Positions 27,746 through 38,718 of a DNA stretch of 61,491 bases are shown here, one piece after another. The notes below the pieces were generated by a model that was given only the letters and a program-made list of their open reading frames with translations, did no database searches and was not told the DNA's origin. Numbering within the stretch: the stretch's first letter is position 1; each line of letters opens with the position of its first letter. Position numbers and translations under genes: made by a program. Where the stretch lies: assembly GCA_002344425.1 (NCBI GenBank), contig DDTV01000037.1, positions 1 through 61,491 of the forward strand, in the 5' to 3' direction. The DNA is from Candidatus Falkowbacteria bacterium UBA2355 (GTDB lineage Bacteria > Patescibacteriota > Patescibacteriia > Patescibacteriales > Patescibacteriaceae).

Positions 27746-27830
27746 AAGTAATAAGTTTCTGAATGATATTCAGAATAATAAATTAATTTATAAGATATCG
27801 CTGGCTAATCGTAGCTTTAGCGAAAATTAG

Positions 27831-27914
27831 TGCCGAAGGAGGGACTTGAACCCTCACGAAGTTGCCTTCACAGCGACCTGAACGCTGCGCGTCTACCAGT
27901 TTCGCCACTTCGGC
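27831..27914 (-). tRNA. tRNA-Leu(CAG)
   Basis: GCCGAAGTGGCGAAACTGGTAGACGCGCAGCGTTCAGGTCGCTG, long variable arm, GGTTCAAGTCCCTCCTTCGGCA. Confidence 0.95.
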
Positions 27915-27919
27915 AATTT

Positions 27920-29662
27920 TTATTTGAGTCGACGATTGACGTTGATGTACCAGTCGGTCACATTGGAAAAACGTTCGGCCGAATCCTCTAATTCATTCAA
28001 TGCAAAACCTTTGATTTTTTTATTTTGCGGATAAACATAGGCCCGCCAATAAAGCGGTATCAGGGGAACATCGTCGGCGGCAACAGCCAAAAAAGCCTCA
28101 TAACGTTTAGCCGCCTGCGCGGAGTCATTAAGCAAGCGCGCCTCAGTCAGCCATTGGTCGACATCGGTTCTAGACCAAGCGCTTAGATTCGCCTCGCTGC
28201 TTGAACGCCAAACCAAGAAAGGATCAGCGCCGGTAACAGTGACGGCGTAGAGCAGAGCGTCAAAGTTTTTGTTAGCCAAGGCGTTCTTTTCTATTTCCTC
28301 AACAGATTGAAGCGTCAGTTGCGTTTTGACGCCAAGACCTTCCCAGCTTTTTAAAACCGCTTCAGCGGCAGTCTTATAGCTTTCCGGAGCCAAAAGATTG
28401 ATAGTCAGTTCTTTGCCGTCTTTGCTGCGAACAGAACCGTTTTTGCTCCAACCCGATTGATCTAACAATTGTTCGGCTTTGGTTTTATCGGTTTGAAAAA
28501 CATCTTTGGCGCCAGGAGTTGAAGCGGGCGTCAAACTGCGGGCGGGCAAAGCCCAGGGTCCGGCCGCCGCTTCGGCAATCGAAGTTTGGTCGATGGCCAA
28601 AGCGAGCGCCTGACGAATGTTTTTGTCAGCCACTAAATTCTTGCTTTTAAGATTAAAGAACACGGCGTTAAGATCGTTTAAAGCCGAGCGGTGATATTCC
28701 AATGAATTTTTTGCGACGATGGTGGAACCGCTGGCTTGGTCAACATAAGAAATGCCGTTGAGCTGTCCGTTATTAAGACTGGCAACCATCTCTTCGGCGC
28801 TGGCAAAGAATTTAAAAGTTATTTCTTCCAAGTGAGCCTTGGATCCGTAATATGATTCGTTGCGCTCCAATGTATAAGAACGAATCGTACCGGCCTTGCT
28901 CTTGGTTAAAGTTTTAAAACGGTAGGGACCTGAACCAATCGGCTTAATGTTCAGTTCAGCCAAGGGCATGGTTTGCGCATTGACCGCCTGCCAAAAAGCC
29001 GAGGGCATAATGCCGAAATCCAACAAGCGTACAAAATTGCGATATGCTTCGCTTAGAGTGAAGCTAAGCGTTTTATCATCTAGTTTGGAAATCGTGATTC
29101 CCATAAAGCGTCCGCGCAAAGCTGATTTATAATCCGGATTTTGAATCAAATTAAAAGTCATGATGACATCGTCGGAGGTTAGCGGGTCGCCGTTATGCCA
29201 CAGTGCGTCTTTTAGATGTATGGTATAAGTTTTGCCGTCAGCAGACACTTCATAGCTTTGCGCTAAATCGCCGATTGCTTCGCCTTTGGCATTACGGGTA
29301 AAGAGACGCGAAAAAACCAAACGTTCGATATCGGCATCAGCGTCATTAAGCGAGGCATAAAGCGGATTGATATATTGCGGATTGCCGATAATTCCCTCGA
29401 CATAACGGCCGCCGTCGCTCGGTACGAGCTCGACGTTGTTTTTGTAAAATACCACAGCCATGAATATCAAAGAGCCAAGGGCGACTAAGAGACAGAGGTA
29501 AAGAGCGCCGCGTTCAAGCGGAGACAAAAAACGTCCGGCATATTTAAGCTGACGCAATCCCGGAATACGGGATTTTGAGAGATGCAAAACAATGCTCTGG
29601 TCGATATTTTTAGAAGAGGCCGGGGAAGCGGCACGCCAGCGGCGCAACAAACGCATAAGCAC
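27920..29662 (-). CDS. ABC peptide/nickel substrate-binding protein (family 5), membrane-anchored
   Basis: GGRYVEG, INPL, WHNGDPLTSDDV, PIGSGPY, PLIPLY; exact start uncertain (29662 or 29656). Confidence 0.88.
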   Translation of the reverse strand: MLMRLLRRWRAASPASSKNIDQSIVLHLSKSRIPGLRQLKYAGRFLSPLERGALYLCLLVALGSLIFMAVVFYKNNVELVPSDGGRYVEGIIGNPQYINPLYASLNDADADIERLVFSRLFTRNAKGEAIGDLAQSYEVSADGKTYTIHLKDALWHNGDPLTSDDVIMTFNLIQNPDYKSALRGRFMGITISKLDDKTLSFTLSEAYRNFVRLLDFGIMPSAFWQAVNAQTMPLAELNIKPIGSGPYRFKTLTKSKAGTIRSYTLERNESYYGSKAHLEEITFKFFASAEEMVASLNNGQLNGISYVDQASGSTIVAKNSLEYHRSALNDLNAVFFNLKSKNLVADKNIRQALALAIDQTSIAEAAAGPWALPARSLTPASTPGAKDVFQTDKTKAEQLLDQSGWSKNGSVRSKDGKELTINLLAPESYKTAAEAVLKSWEGLGVKTQLTLQSVEEIEKNALANKNFDALLYAVTVTGADPFLVWRSSSEANLSAWSRTDVDQWLTEARLLNDSAQAAKRYEAFLAVAADDVPLIPLYWRAYVYPQNKKIKGFALNELEDSAERFSNVTDWYINVNRRLK

Positions 29663-29667
29663 AATAA

Positions 29668-30480
29668 TTATGATGTGAATTCGATAAACTCTTTTAGTTG
29701 AGCAATTTCAAGACAGCGGCCCGTCACGGGGTCTATCGACAATCGGACGGCGCAAATTTGAGCTCGTCCCTTATCAGCCAATGTATGGCCGACTTTTGTC
29801 TGAGTCAGAAAGGAGGCTATGATTGCTTCGGCTTGAACGCCGATAACTCCATCGGCGTCGCCGCACATGCCTACATCAGTAATGTAACCGGTGCCTTTTT
29901 CAGTAATTTGATTATCGGCAGTCGGTACATGGGTATGAGTCCCGAGAAGAGCGCTGGCTTTACCGTTAAGAAAATGGCGCAGGGCTATTTTCTCGGCGGT
30001 AGTTTCAGCATGAATATCTATTATTATAGCAGAAAACTTTTTACCTGTAAAGCCGTTAAGAATTTTCTCAGCAGTTCTAAAGGGACAATTGTAATGACGG
30101 GGCATGAATGAGCGGCCAATCAAATTGATCAATAGAATTTCCTGATCACCTACTTTAATTTCCGCATAGCCTTTGCCCGGCGCCTCATCAGCATAATTGG
30201 CCGGCCGCAGAATTGGCAAAGCGCTTTCATAGCATTCCTTGATTGAGCTGTTTTGATCAAAACAATGATCTCCGCTAGTCAGCCAATCAATACCTGAGGC
30301 AAGAACTTCTTTGGCGGACAGTAAGGTAATGCCTTTGCCATGCGCCATATTCTCACCGTTAGCGATGATTAAATCAGGCTGATATTGCTCGCGCCATTTC
30401 GGAACAATTTCAGCAACCGCACGGCGGCCCAACTTGCCGACGATATCGCCGATAAAAATAATCGATAAGGGTTTTGACAT
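29668..30480 (-). CDS. ymdB: YmdB/TIGR00282 metallophosphoesterase
   Basis: FIGDIVGKLGR, NGEN, DIHAETTAEK, GTHTHV, TDVGM; directly downstream of rny. Confidence 0.92.
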   Translation of the reverse strand: MSKPLSIIFIGDIVGKLGRRAVAEIVPKWREQYQPDLIIANGENMAHGKGITLLSAKEVLASGIDWLTSGDHCFDQNSSIKECYESALPILRPANYADEAPGKGYAEIKVGDQEILLINLIGRSFMPRHYNCPFRTAEKILNGFTGKKFSAIIIDIHAETTAEKIALRHFLNGKASALLGTHTHVPTADNQITEKGTGYITDVGMCGDADGVIGVQAEAIIASFLTQTKVGHTLADKGRAQICAVRLSIDPVTGRCLEIAQLKEFIEFTS

Positions 30481-31994
30481 TATCGTGCGTATTCTATAAC
30501 GCGCGTTTCGCGCAAGAGGTTAACCTTGATTTCGCCGGGATATTTCAATTCAGTTTCGATTTTTTTGGCAATGTCGCGCGCCAGCTCATGAGCTCTCATG
30601 TCGCTGACCTGTTCTGCATTAACAAAGACGCGAATTTCACGGCCGGCTTGGATAGCGTAAACTTTGTCGACGCCTTCAAAGGAAGTCGTGATTTTTTCCA
30701 ATTCTTCCAAGCGCTGAACATACTGTTCAAAGCTATCGTGACGAGCGCCGGGTCGAGCCGAGGAGATAGCGTCAGCCACTTTGACGATAACCGTAATGAT
30801 GTCCTTTGGATTATCATCATGGTGATGTTCAATCGGGGCAATAATCGCTTCAGAAAGGCCGAATTTGCGAGCAATCTGTCCGCCGATTTCCGGATGGGTT
30901 CCTTTAACTTCGTGGTCGACGGCCTTGCCGATATCATGCAGTAAGCCGCCTTTTTTAGCGGTTGAAACATCGGCGCCGAGTTGTTCGGCTAGTAATCCGC
31001 AAAGATGAGCGACTTCAACGGCGTGCTTCAAAGCGTTTTGTCCGTAGCTGGTGCGGTATTTCAAGCGTCCGATAATTTGAATCAACTTCGGATCAAAACC
31101 GGTAATACCAAGTTCATAGAGAGCTTCTTCGCCGACTTTCTTAATATCAAGCGCCAACTCTCGCTTGGCTTGCTCGACGGCTTCTTCGATCTTGGTCGGA
31201 TGGATACGGCCGTCCTTGATTAAATGTTCAAGAGCTTTTTTGGCGATATGACGGCGGATGCCGGAAAAGCCCGATATGGTAATCGCGCCCGGCGTATCAT
31301 CAACGATAATTTCAACACCGGTCAATTGTTCAATTGATTTGATATTGCGACCTTCTCTTCCGATGATGCGACCCTTTAATTCGTCGTTGGGCAAATCGAG
31401 CGTCGTAGTTGTTAGTTCGGCTATGAAGTTGGATGACAAGCGCTGCATTGCGCCGCTAACCAATTCACGAGTTTTTTCTTCAATCACTTCCGAGCCTTCG
31501 TTTTCTAATTTTTTAATACGCGAAGCAACAGCTTCTTTGTATTCTTCTTCAACTCTTTCCAATAACCGCTCGCCAGCTTCTTCCCGGCTCAAGCCGGCAA
31601 TCTTTTCAAGCGTTGCTGTTTGTTCGTCATGAATTTTCTTTATTCGCTCTTTGGCATCTTCAATCTCGGAAATCTTGTCATAAAGCGCCTGCTGTTTATC
31701 TTGCAGTTCAAGCAATTTTTGCGAAAAGAGATTTTCGCGCTCTTCAAGGCGTTTTTGAGTTTCGTTGATTTCGCGACGTTGGCCCTCGGCCTCTTGCTTG
31801 GCTTGATCAATGATTTTAAGCGCCTTGTCTTGCGCCTCGAGAATTATCTGTTTTTCTTTTGTTTTGGCTTCAGCCAGCACTTTTTCAGTGCGCAGCTCAG
31901 CGCTGTTAGCGGCGGATAAGGCACGTTGTTTGCGAATCCACCAGCCGGCGGCAAAAGCCGCGGCCGCGATAATAATATAGTAAAGATACGACAT
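30480..31994 (-). CDS. rny: Ribonuclease Y
   Basis: N-terminal TM, coiled coil, KH (KGRIIGREGRNIK) and HD (LLHDIGK) domains. Confidence 0.96.
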   Translation of the reverse strand: MSYLYYIIIAAAAFAAGWWIRKQRALSAANSAELRTEKVLAEAKTKEKQIILEAQDKALKIIDQAKQEAEGQRREINETQKRLEERENLFSQKLLELQDKQQALYDKISEIEDAKERIKKIHDEQTATLEKIAGLSREEAGERLLERVEEEYKEAVASRIKKLENEGSEVIEEKTRELVSGAMQRLSSNFIAELTTTTLDLPNDELKGRIIGREGRNIKSIEQLTGVEIIVDDTPGAITISGFSGIRRHIAKKALEHLIKDGRIHPTKIEEAVEQAKRELALDIKKVGEEALYELGITGFDPKLIQIIGRLKYRTSYGQNALKHAVEVAHLCGLLAEQLGADVSTAKKGGLLHDIGKAVDHEVKGTHPEIGGQIARKFGLSEAIIAPIEHHHDDNPKDIITVIVKVADAISSARPGARHDSFEQYVQRLEELEKITTSFEGVDKVYAIQAGREIRVFVNAEQVSDMRAHELARDIAKKIETELKYPGEIKVNLLRETRVIEYAR

Positions 31995-32004
31995 ACGCGT
32001 AGGA

Positions 32005-32168
32005 GCGTTGCCGTCCGAATTAAGGATTGGTGTTTTTTAGCTTTATTCAGCCAAAAGTAGCCGGTTTAAGACCGGAGTAGAAGAGAAAGATTTAGGAGAT
32101 TTGCTGATTTTTTGCTAACTTTAGACATAAAACTTCCAATTCAATCCTCACATCGGAGCGGACAGCAC
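32005..32168 (-). ncRNA. Candidate 6S-like rod RNA or structured rny leader
   Basis: Long-range pairing TCCGA..GAGGATTG / CAATCCTT..TCGGA, then a bubble, then inner TTAGC/GCTAA and TCAGC/GCTGA stems; about 165 nt, immediately upstream of rny; strand inferred. Confidence 0.4.
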
Positions 32169-32274
32169 TTTGTAATAATTAATGTATTTGTAAGTGATTT
32201 TTATCCTATCATGGCCTTTGCGGCTTGGCAAGTTGTCCTGCGACGAGGTTTTAGCACTATGCTATACTTGAATT

Positions 32275-33048
32275 ATGAAAGAAAATATTGCCCTTAGTTT
32301 GGGTTTAGACAGACCTATTATTGTCTTTGACCTTGAAACGACCGGATTAAGCGTCGTTAAGGACAGGATTGTTGAATTCGGTTATCTTAAGCATTCACCG
32401 GACGGTACGATAAGCAGCGAAACACTTTTATTAAATCCGGAATGCCCGATTCCTCCCGCCTCAACCGCCGTGCACGGCATAAGCGATGCCGATGTCGCCC
32501 AGTCGCCAACCTTTCAAAAAGAAGCGGCCAGGCTTTTTGAAATTTTCAAAGATTCATATTACAGCGGTTTCAATATCGCGCGTTATGATTTGCCATTGCT
32601 GAAACAGGAATTTTCTCGCGCCGGTTTTGATTTTCAATTTCGTCCCAATGACATTATTGACGCCAAAGTTATTTATCACGCGATGGAACCGCGAACCTTA
32701 TCGGCCGCCTATAAGCATTATTGCGGCAAAGAACATGCTGAAGCGCACGATGCCGCCGGCGATGTCGCGGCCACGGCCGAAATAATTGCCGAACAGATTA
32801 AGCGTTACGGCAAAGAAGAAATAAAACGCTTGCATGAAGAAACAATTCTTGACTTTGTCGACCTCGAAGGAAAGTTTTATCGACAGGACGGCAAAATTTA
32901 TTTTGCTTTTTCCAAATTCAAAGACCGAACCATCGATTCTGTGGCCGAAAGCGATCCGACATTTTTGCGCTGGCTCTTGCAAGCCGATTTTTCAGAAGAT
33001 ACTAAGAACGTAGTTCGGACTTTTCTCAAAAATTCGAACCTGAACTGA
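32275..33048 (+). CDS. DEDDh 3'-5' exonuclease (DnaQ/ExoX-like)
   Basis: VFDLETTG, GFNIARYD, AHDAAGD; C-terminal FSKFKD...FLRWL domain. Confidence 0.88.
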   Translation: MKENIALSLGLDRPIIVFDLETTGLSVVKDRIVEFGYLKHSPDGTISSETLLLNPECPIPPASTAVHGISDADVAQSPTFQKEAARLFEIFKDSYYSGFNIARYDLPLLKQEFSRAGFDFQFRPNDIIDAKVIYHAMEPRTLSAAYKHYCGKEHAEAHDAAGDVAATAEIIAEQIKRYGKEEIKRLHEETILDFVDLEGKFYRQDGKIYFAFSKFKDRTIDSVAESDPTFLRWLLQADFSEDTKNVVRTFLKNSNLN

Positions 33049-33049
33049 T

Positions 33050-33517
33050 ATGGATATTATTTCTCATGCCCTCTTGACCAACTTGGTTTTTAAAGATGCT
33101 CCGACTTCCCAGCGTCTGCTGGCCACGGCTTTCGGCATTCTGCCCGATTTAGTCGCCTTTGGCAGTATGTTCAACAGCGTTTTTTTGCGCAAGATTTTGT
33201 TTTTCAAAAAGCCTCCGCACTCGCTCTTTCCTCCTTATATAATGCGTTTGTATTTTATCTGCCACAGCTTGATTATTTGGTTAATTGTTTTTCTGCTGTT
33301 ATGGCTCTTTGGCTTTCAATGGTTGGCGATTGCCTTTTGCGGTTGGGGGCTGCATATTGTTATTGATATTTTTACGCACAGCCGACATTCTTTCCCAACT
33401 CATATTTTATGGCCTTTTTCCAACTTTTATTTTTCCGGAATCGGTTGGTCCAATAAATGGTTCATGGTTTTCAGTTATAGTTTGATTGCCTTTCTTTATT
33501 TAGTTTTTTATTTTTAA
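33050..33517 (+). CDS. Membrane-bound metal-dependent hydrolase (YdjM-like)
   Basis: SHAL, ILPD, CHSL, HIVID.FTH and LWPF motifs. Confidence 0.75.
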   Translation: MDIISHALLTNLVFKDAPTSQRLLATAFGILPDLVAFGSMFNSVFLRKILFFKKPPHSLFPPYIMRLYFICHSLIIWLIVFLLLWLFGFQWLAIAFCGWGLHIVIDIFTHSRHSFPTHILWPFSNFYFSGIGWSNKWFMVFSYSLIAFLYLVFYF

Positions 33518-33521
33518 ATCC

Positions 33522-34535
33522 ATGCCGCGTTTGATTGACCCAGAATTGGTTGAAAATAATTCCCAAGAGGAAGCTATTGTCGATGAGACATTGCGTCCTC
33601 AGAGTTTGGCCGAATATATCGGTCAGGCCGGAGTAAAAGCCAACCTTGATATTTTGATGAAGGCGGCCAAACAACGCAATGAAGCGATTGACCATGTTCT
33701 GCTTTACGGTGGACCGGGACTTGGCAAAACAACTTTGGCGCATGTTATTGCCAATGAGTTGGGCGCGTCTTTGCGTATTACTTCAGGGCCGGCTTTGGAA
33801 AAGCCGGGGGATTTGGCGGCGATTCTGACCAACCTTAATCCGGGCGATATATTGTTCATTGATGAAATCCATCGTTTGCCGCGCGCCGTTGAAGAGGTTT
33901 TATATCCGGCTATGGAAGATTTCGCCCTCGACATCGTTATCGGCAAAGGTCCGTCGGCTAAAATGTTGCGTATTGATTTGCCGCGTTTTACAATTATCGG
34001 AGCGACAACCCGAGTCAGCCTCTTATCGTCGCCTTTGCGCGATCGCTTCGGGGTATCGCATCATTTGGATTTTTATACTCTGGAAGATTTGGATAAAATT
34101 ATCCGGCGCAGCGCCAGAATTTTATCTGTTAAACTTGATGATGCCGCGACCGAGGCCTTAGCCTCACGCGCCCGGCGAACGCCGCGGCTCGCCAACCGTT
34201 TACTGCGCCGCGTGCGCGATTATTCGGAAGTAAAGGGCGACGGCGCATTGACCGGCGAACTGTGCAACTCGGCGCTTGATCTTTTGGAAATCGACCAACT
34301 CGGTCTTGATCGCGTTGACCGCAAAATTTTAGAAGTCATTATCGATAAATTTTCCGGCGGTCCGGTCGGCGTCGCGACCTTGGCGGCCGCTACGGGCGAA
34401 GATCTGGCGACGATTGAAGAAGTTTATGAACCTTATCTTTTGCAAATCGGCTTTCTTGATCGAACACCGCGCGGCCGTACGGCAACGCCGCACGCCTATA
34501 AGCATTTAGGCCGGGATTATCAACAAAAGTTTTAA
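33522..34535 (+). CDS. ruvB: Holliday junction branch migration helicase RuvB
   Basis: [40 protein letters not shown]. Confidence 0.97.
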   Translation: MPRLIDPELVENNSQEEAIVDETLRPQSLAEYIGQAGVKANLDILMKAAKQRNEAIDHVLLYGGPGLGKTTLAHVIANELGASLRITSGPALEKPGDLAAILTNLNPGDILFIDEIHRLPRAVEEVLYPAMEDFALDIVIGKGPSAKMLRIDLPRFTIIGATTRVSLLSSPLRDRFGVSHHLDFYTLEDLDKIIRRSARILSVKLDDAATEALASRARRTPRLANRLLRRVRDYSEVKGDGALTGELCNSALDLLEIDQLGLDRVDRKILEVIIDKFSGGPVGVATLAAATGEDLATIEEVYEPYLLQIGFLDRTPRGRTATPHAYKHLGRDYQQKF

Positions 34536-34540
34536 ACCAT

Positions 34541-34825
34541 ATGACCTTTCCGCTAGTATATTTTCTTTACGCCTATTTTGTTTTTGCCGCTGTTTGGGCG
34601 GCCTTGAGCTTGGTGGGGCTTTATCATTTAATAAGTTACGGCAGCCGCATGTTCGGCAGTTTTTTCCTCGGCATAGTTTATTTGGCCGGGGTCATTGTCA
34701 TAGCTTATGTTTCTTACGGCTATCTTAATCAAATCGATTGGCAAAGCGAGATTTCGATTTTTGAGAATATCAATTTCTTAAATCTCAGTTCTTCTCCGTC
34801 CAACTCTTTCAATTCCTTCAAATAA
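34541..34825 (+). CDS. Small membrane protein
   Basis: Two TM helices; packed between operon neighbours. Confidence 0.7.
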   Translation: MTFPLVYFLYAYFVFAAVWAALSLVGLYHLISYGSRMFGSFFLGIVYLAGVIVIAYVSYGYLNQIDWQSEISIFENINFLNLSSSPSNSFNSFK

Positions 34826-34829
34826 ACCT

Positions 34830-35378
34830 ATGTTATCAACCTATCGTTTGCCCGATGCCTTGCCCGGAGAAAGCGTTAAAACGGTCATTCATCGCGACGC
34901 TATCATAGCTATCAAGCGGGTCATTTTTTTCGCCCTGCTCTTGGCCTTGCCGATTGTCGTTATCGCCATGGTAAACATTTTATTTCCTTCCTTAATAGAA
35001 GTGGTTTGGGTTTGGCCGCTTCTCTTGCTGGCTTCGAGCGCCTATCTTTTGTTTATTTGGCTTTTATTCTTTTTCTCCTTGCTTGATTATTTTCTCGATG
35101 TCTGGGTCATTACCGACAGGCGAATCATAGATATTCGGCAGAACGGTTTTTTTTCGCGAGCGATTTCTGAAATGCATCTCAGCCGAGTTCAAGATGTTTC
35201 CAGCGAGACGCACGGTTTTTTCCCGACAGTCTTCAAGTACGGAAACGTAGTTGTGCAAACCGCCGGCGAACAAAACAAACTCTTTTTTGAAGAAGTCAAT
35301 CATCCCGAGCATATTCGCGACATGTTGATGCGTCTTGTCGCCGAGAAGCATGAAACCACTAAACAACAAGGGACATGA
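34830..35378 (+). CDS. Bacterial PH-domain membrane protein
   Basis: Two TMs then VITDRRIID, RVQDVS, YGNVVVQTAG. Confidence 0.8.
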   Translation: MLSTYRLPDALPGESVKTVIHRDAIIAIKRVIFFALLLALPIVVIAMVNILFPSLIEVVWVWPLLLLASSAYLLFIWLLFFFSLLDYFLDVWVITDRRIIDIRQNGFFSRAISEMHLSRVQDVSSETHGFFPTVFKYGNVVVQTAGEQNKLFFEEVNHPEHIRDMLMRLVAEKHETTKQQGT

Positions 35379-36385
35379 AGCTGAGCGAAATAGACTATCA
35401 TTTGCCGCCGGAGCTGATTGCGCAAAGGCCGGCTCGGCCGCGCGACTCTGCGCGGCTTTTAGTTGTTCGGAAAAACACTAAAAAATTTGAACATAAATTA
35501 TTTTCTGATATCGCAGATTATTTGAAGCCCGGCGATGTTTTAGTTTTGAATAATTCTAAAGTCATACCCGCGCGCTTAATCGGCAAGAAATCTTCCGGCG
35601 GCAAGGTGGAAGTTCTATTGTCGCAAGCTTTAAAAGAGGGCTGGGAAGTCATCGGAAAAAACATTCCCGCCGCCGGAGAAAAAATTATTTTCAGCCAGTC
35701 ATTTTTTGCAACGGTGGTTTCTAAAAACATCCTGCGTTTTAATTGTTCGGGCAAATTATTCTGGTCACGCTTAAACCGCTACGGTTTGATTCCCTTGCCG
35801 CCGTATATAAAATCATCAGGTAAGAAATTGGATGCCGAGCGTTATCAAACGGTTTATGCCGATAACCGCGATCACGGCTCCGTCGCCGCGCCGACCGCCG
35901 GCCTGCATTTCACTCCGCGCTTGCTTAAAGAACTAAAAAAGAAAAAAATTACAATTCTTAACGTAACTCTGCATGTCGGCTTAGGAACTTTTCGGCCGAT
36001 TAAAACAGACAATATTAAAGAGCATATCATGCATCCGGAATGGGTGAGCGTCAGCCAAAAAACTTTTGACGAAATTACAAAAGCTAAATTAAAAAAGAAA
36101 AAGATCATTGCCGTCGGGACGACCTCGGTGCGCGCTTTAGAAAGCGCTTGGAAAAAGGCCAAGGGCAAAGCTTGGAGCGGTTCAACCGATATTTATATCT
36201 ATCCGCCCTACAAGTTCAAAGTTGTAGATTCCTTGATTACCAATTTTCATCTTCCGAAATCCACCCTCCTCTTGCTTGTCTCGGCCTTAGCGGGACATAA
36301 AACCATTATGGCGGCTTATAAAGAAGCGATTTCAAGACAATATCGTTTTTACAGTTATGGTGACGCAATGCTGATTAAGGATTGA
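35375..36385 (+). CDS. queA: S-adenosylmethionine:tRNA ribosyltransferase-isomerase
   Basis: YHLPPELIAQ, PLPPYI, RYQTVYA, AAPTAGLHF, TNFHLPKS, YRFYSYGDAM. Confidence 0.96.
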   Translation: MKLSEIDYHLPPELIAQRPARPRDSARLLVVRKNTKKFEHKLFSDIADYLKPGDVLVLNNSKVIPARLIGKKSSGGKVEVLLSQALKEGWEVIGKNIPAAGEKIIFSQSFFATVVSKNILRFNCSGKLFWSRLNRYGLIPLPPYIKSSGKKLDAERYQTVYADNRDHGSVAAPTAGLHFTPRLLKELKKKKITILNVTLHVGLGTFRPIKTDNIKEHIMHPEWVSVSQKTFDEITKAKLKKKKIIAVGTTSVRALESAWKKAKGKAWSGSTDIYIYPPYKFKVVDSLITNFHLPKSTLLLLVSALAGHKTIMAAYKEAISRQYRFYSYGDAMLIKD

Positions 36386-36410
36386 CTTTTCTTTAAAATT
36401 ATTGTAATTT
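36382..36410 (+). promoter_or_regulatory. Candidate infB promoter
   Basis: TTGACT-17 nt-TAATTT. Confidence 0.45.
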
Positions 36411-36422
36411 TAAAGAACTTTT

Positions 36423-38390
36423 ATGAATATCAGCGAACTGGCGCGCATACTGAAAATAAACCCAAACGATCTTCGGGAACACCTCCCCAAGCTCGGTTTT
36501 GATATCGGCAAAAAGGCAATCAAGATTGATAATTTTACCGCCAATAAGATTATCCGCAACTGGGGGACCTTGTCCCGCCGCATCCCGAAAGAAACAATCG
36601 ATGCCGGTCGTGCCGCTCTGGTTGTTAAGCCGGCGGTTGATAAGGCCAGCGTTCCGGCCTTTATCACCGTCAAAGATTTTGCCGCGCTTTTGAAACTGCC
36701 TTTGAACCGTCTGTTGAGCGAATTGATGAAGAATAATGTTTTCACTTCTTTGAATGAAAAAATCGATTTTGAAACCGCCGCAATTATCGGCGCCGATCTC
36801 GGTGTTGAAATTTCTTTACTTGATGAAAAAACCAGCGAAGAGGCGGCCGCTTCAGCGCAAGACAAGATTAAAGCGACATTGTCGCAAGGCGATGCGAGCG
36901 CTCAAGCTTCCCGCCCACCGGTAGTGGTTATTATGGGACACGTCGATCACGGTAAAACTAAATTATTGGATACGATTCGACATAGCAATGTCGTCGACAC
37001 CGAAGCCGGCGGTATTACACAGCATATAGGAGCATATCAAATTACGCATAATGACAAAGCTGTAACCTTTATCGATACGCCGGGACACGAAGCTTTCACC
37101 GCGATGCGCAACCGCGGCGCGAAAGTTGCCGATATCGCCGTTTTGGTTGTCGCGGCCGATGACGGCGTAAAACCCCAAACGGTTGAAGCCTATCGTATTA
37201 TCGAGGCGGCCAAACTTCCTTTTATCGTCGCTATTAACAAAATCGACAAGCCCGAAGCAAACTTGGACAAAGTAAAGCAGGAATTGTCTTCGCAACTGAA
37301 TATCATTCCCGAAGATTGGGGCGGCAAGATAGTTTGCGTTCCCTTGTCGGCTAAAACCGGCGATGGCGTCAAAGAATTGCTCGATATGATTTTATTGGTT
37401 TCCGATGTTGTGGCCGAGGGCTTAAAGGCCGATCCAAAATTACCGGCGGTCGGAACCATCATTGAATCCCGTCTTGATAAAGGCGAGGGCCCAATCGCTA
37501 CGGTCTTGGTTCAAAACGGAACTTTGCGAGTTGGTGATCCGATTTCTTTCAATGGTTTGGCCTGCGGTAAAGTCCGTTCCCTTAAGGACCATACCGGTTC
37601 GATTGTCAGCCAGGCGATTCCGGGCATGCCGGTAAAATTAAACGGTTTGAAGTTTGTTCCCGAGGTCGGCGACGTTCTCGAAGTCGGCGAAGGCGAAAGA
37701 GTCAAACAAAAAGGCCGTTCACTTTCCAATCAAAGCGCCAATGCGGCTAATGACAACAATGAAAATTCCGACGGACCGGTTATCAATTTGATTGTTAAGA
37801 GCGATACTCTCGGTTCGGGTGAAGCGATTGAAAATTCTTTGTCGAAAATCGACAGCCAGGGCGTTCGCGTCAATATTATCTCCAAGGGTTTGGGCAATAT
37901 CAGTGAAGGCGATATTGTCCGCGCTGAAACCAATAACGCCATGCTGGTCGGTTTTAATGTTCGAATCGCTCCGAGCGCCGAAGAATTGGCGCGCGACAAA
38001 GGCATTACCGTCGCTTTGTATAAGGTTATTTATGACTTGATCAACGACATCAAGGTTAAAATTCAAGAGCTTGTCAAACCGGAAATTGAAAGAGTTGATC
38101 TCGGCCGGCTTAAGGTCGCGGCGGTTTTCCGCACTGAAGCCAAGGTCCAGATTCTCGGCGGCCGCGTCCTTGACGGCGTTATCAAGGTCAATACTAAGCT
38201 AGAAGTAAAGCGCGGCGAGGAAATAATTTCTACCGGCAACTTGGCGAGCTTGCAGGCCGGCAAACAAGACGTTCCCTCGGTTGAAACTAATCAAGAGTGC
38301 GGTTTGCGTTTTGAAGGCGCTCCAGTCGTCGAAGTCGGCGATATTTTGTTGTGCTATGAAGAAAAGCAAACTATTAAAAAAGTAGGTTAA
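36423..38390 (+). CDS. infB: Translation initiation factor IF-2
   Basis: [37 protein letters not shown]. Confidence 0.97.
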   Translation: MNISELARILKINPNDLREHLPKLGFDIGKKAIKIDNFTANKIIRNWGTLSRRIPKETIDAGRAALVVKPAVDKASVPAFITVKDFAALLKLPLNRLLSELMKNNVFTSLNEKIDFETAAIIGADLGVEISLLDEKTSEEAAASAQDKIKATLSQGDASAQASRPPVVVIMGHVDHGKTKLLDTIRHSNVVDTEAGGITQHIGAYQITHNDKAVTFIDTPGHEAFTAMRNRGAKVADIAVLVVAADDGVKPQTVEAYRIIEAAKLPFIVAINKIDKPEANLDKVKQELSSQLNIIPEDWGGKIVCVPLSAKTGDGVKELLDMILLVSDVVAEGLKADPKLPAVGTIIESRLDKGEGPIATVLVQNGTLRVGDPISFNGLACGKVRSLKDHTGSIVSQAIPGMPVKLNGLKFVPEVGDVLEVGEGERVKQKGRSLSNQSANAANDNNENSDGPVINLIVKSDTLGSGEAIENSLSKIDSQGVRVNIISKGLGNISEGDIVRAETNNAMLVGFNVRIAPSAEELARDKGITVALYKVIYDLINDIKVKIQELVKPEIERVDLGRLKVAAVFRTEAKVQILGGRVLDGVIKVNTKLEVKRGEEIISTGNLASLQAGKQDVPSVETNQECGLRFEGAPVVEVGDILLCYEEKQTIKKVG

Positions 38391-38391
38391 T

Positions 38392-38718
38392 ATGTCACGC
38401 GTCGATCAAATCAACAGTCTCTTGCGCCAGGAATTGGCGCTTTCTTTAAATCGTCAACTCGACTTGCCCGGAGCGCTCGTAACGGTCAGCGAAGTGCGTT
38501 GTTCGCCGGATTTGCACGAAGCAAAAGTTTTCGTTTCGGTTTTACCTGAGCGTTTAGCCGGAACGGCTTTGGAAAAATTGCGTCATATATCGGGTGAGCT
38601 GGCGCATGATTTGCGCAAACGTTTAAAATTCCATCATATGCCGATTTTCGTCTGGCACTTTGATCAGGGTCCTTCGAATGTTACGGCGATTGATAATCTT
38701 CTCAAAGATCCTTCATGA
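38392..38718 (+). CDS. rbfA: Ribosome-binding factor A
   Basis: RVDQINSLLRQELA, VTVSEVRCSPDLHEAKVFVS; follows infB. Confidence 0.9.
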   Translation: MSRVDQINSLLRQELALSLNRQLDLPGALVTVSEVRCSPDLHEAKVFVSVLPERLAGTALEKLRHISGELAHDLRKRLKFHHMPIFVWHFDQGPSNVTAIDNLLKDPS

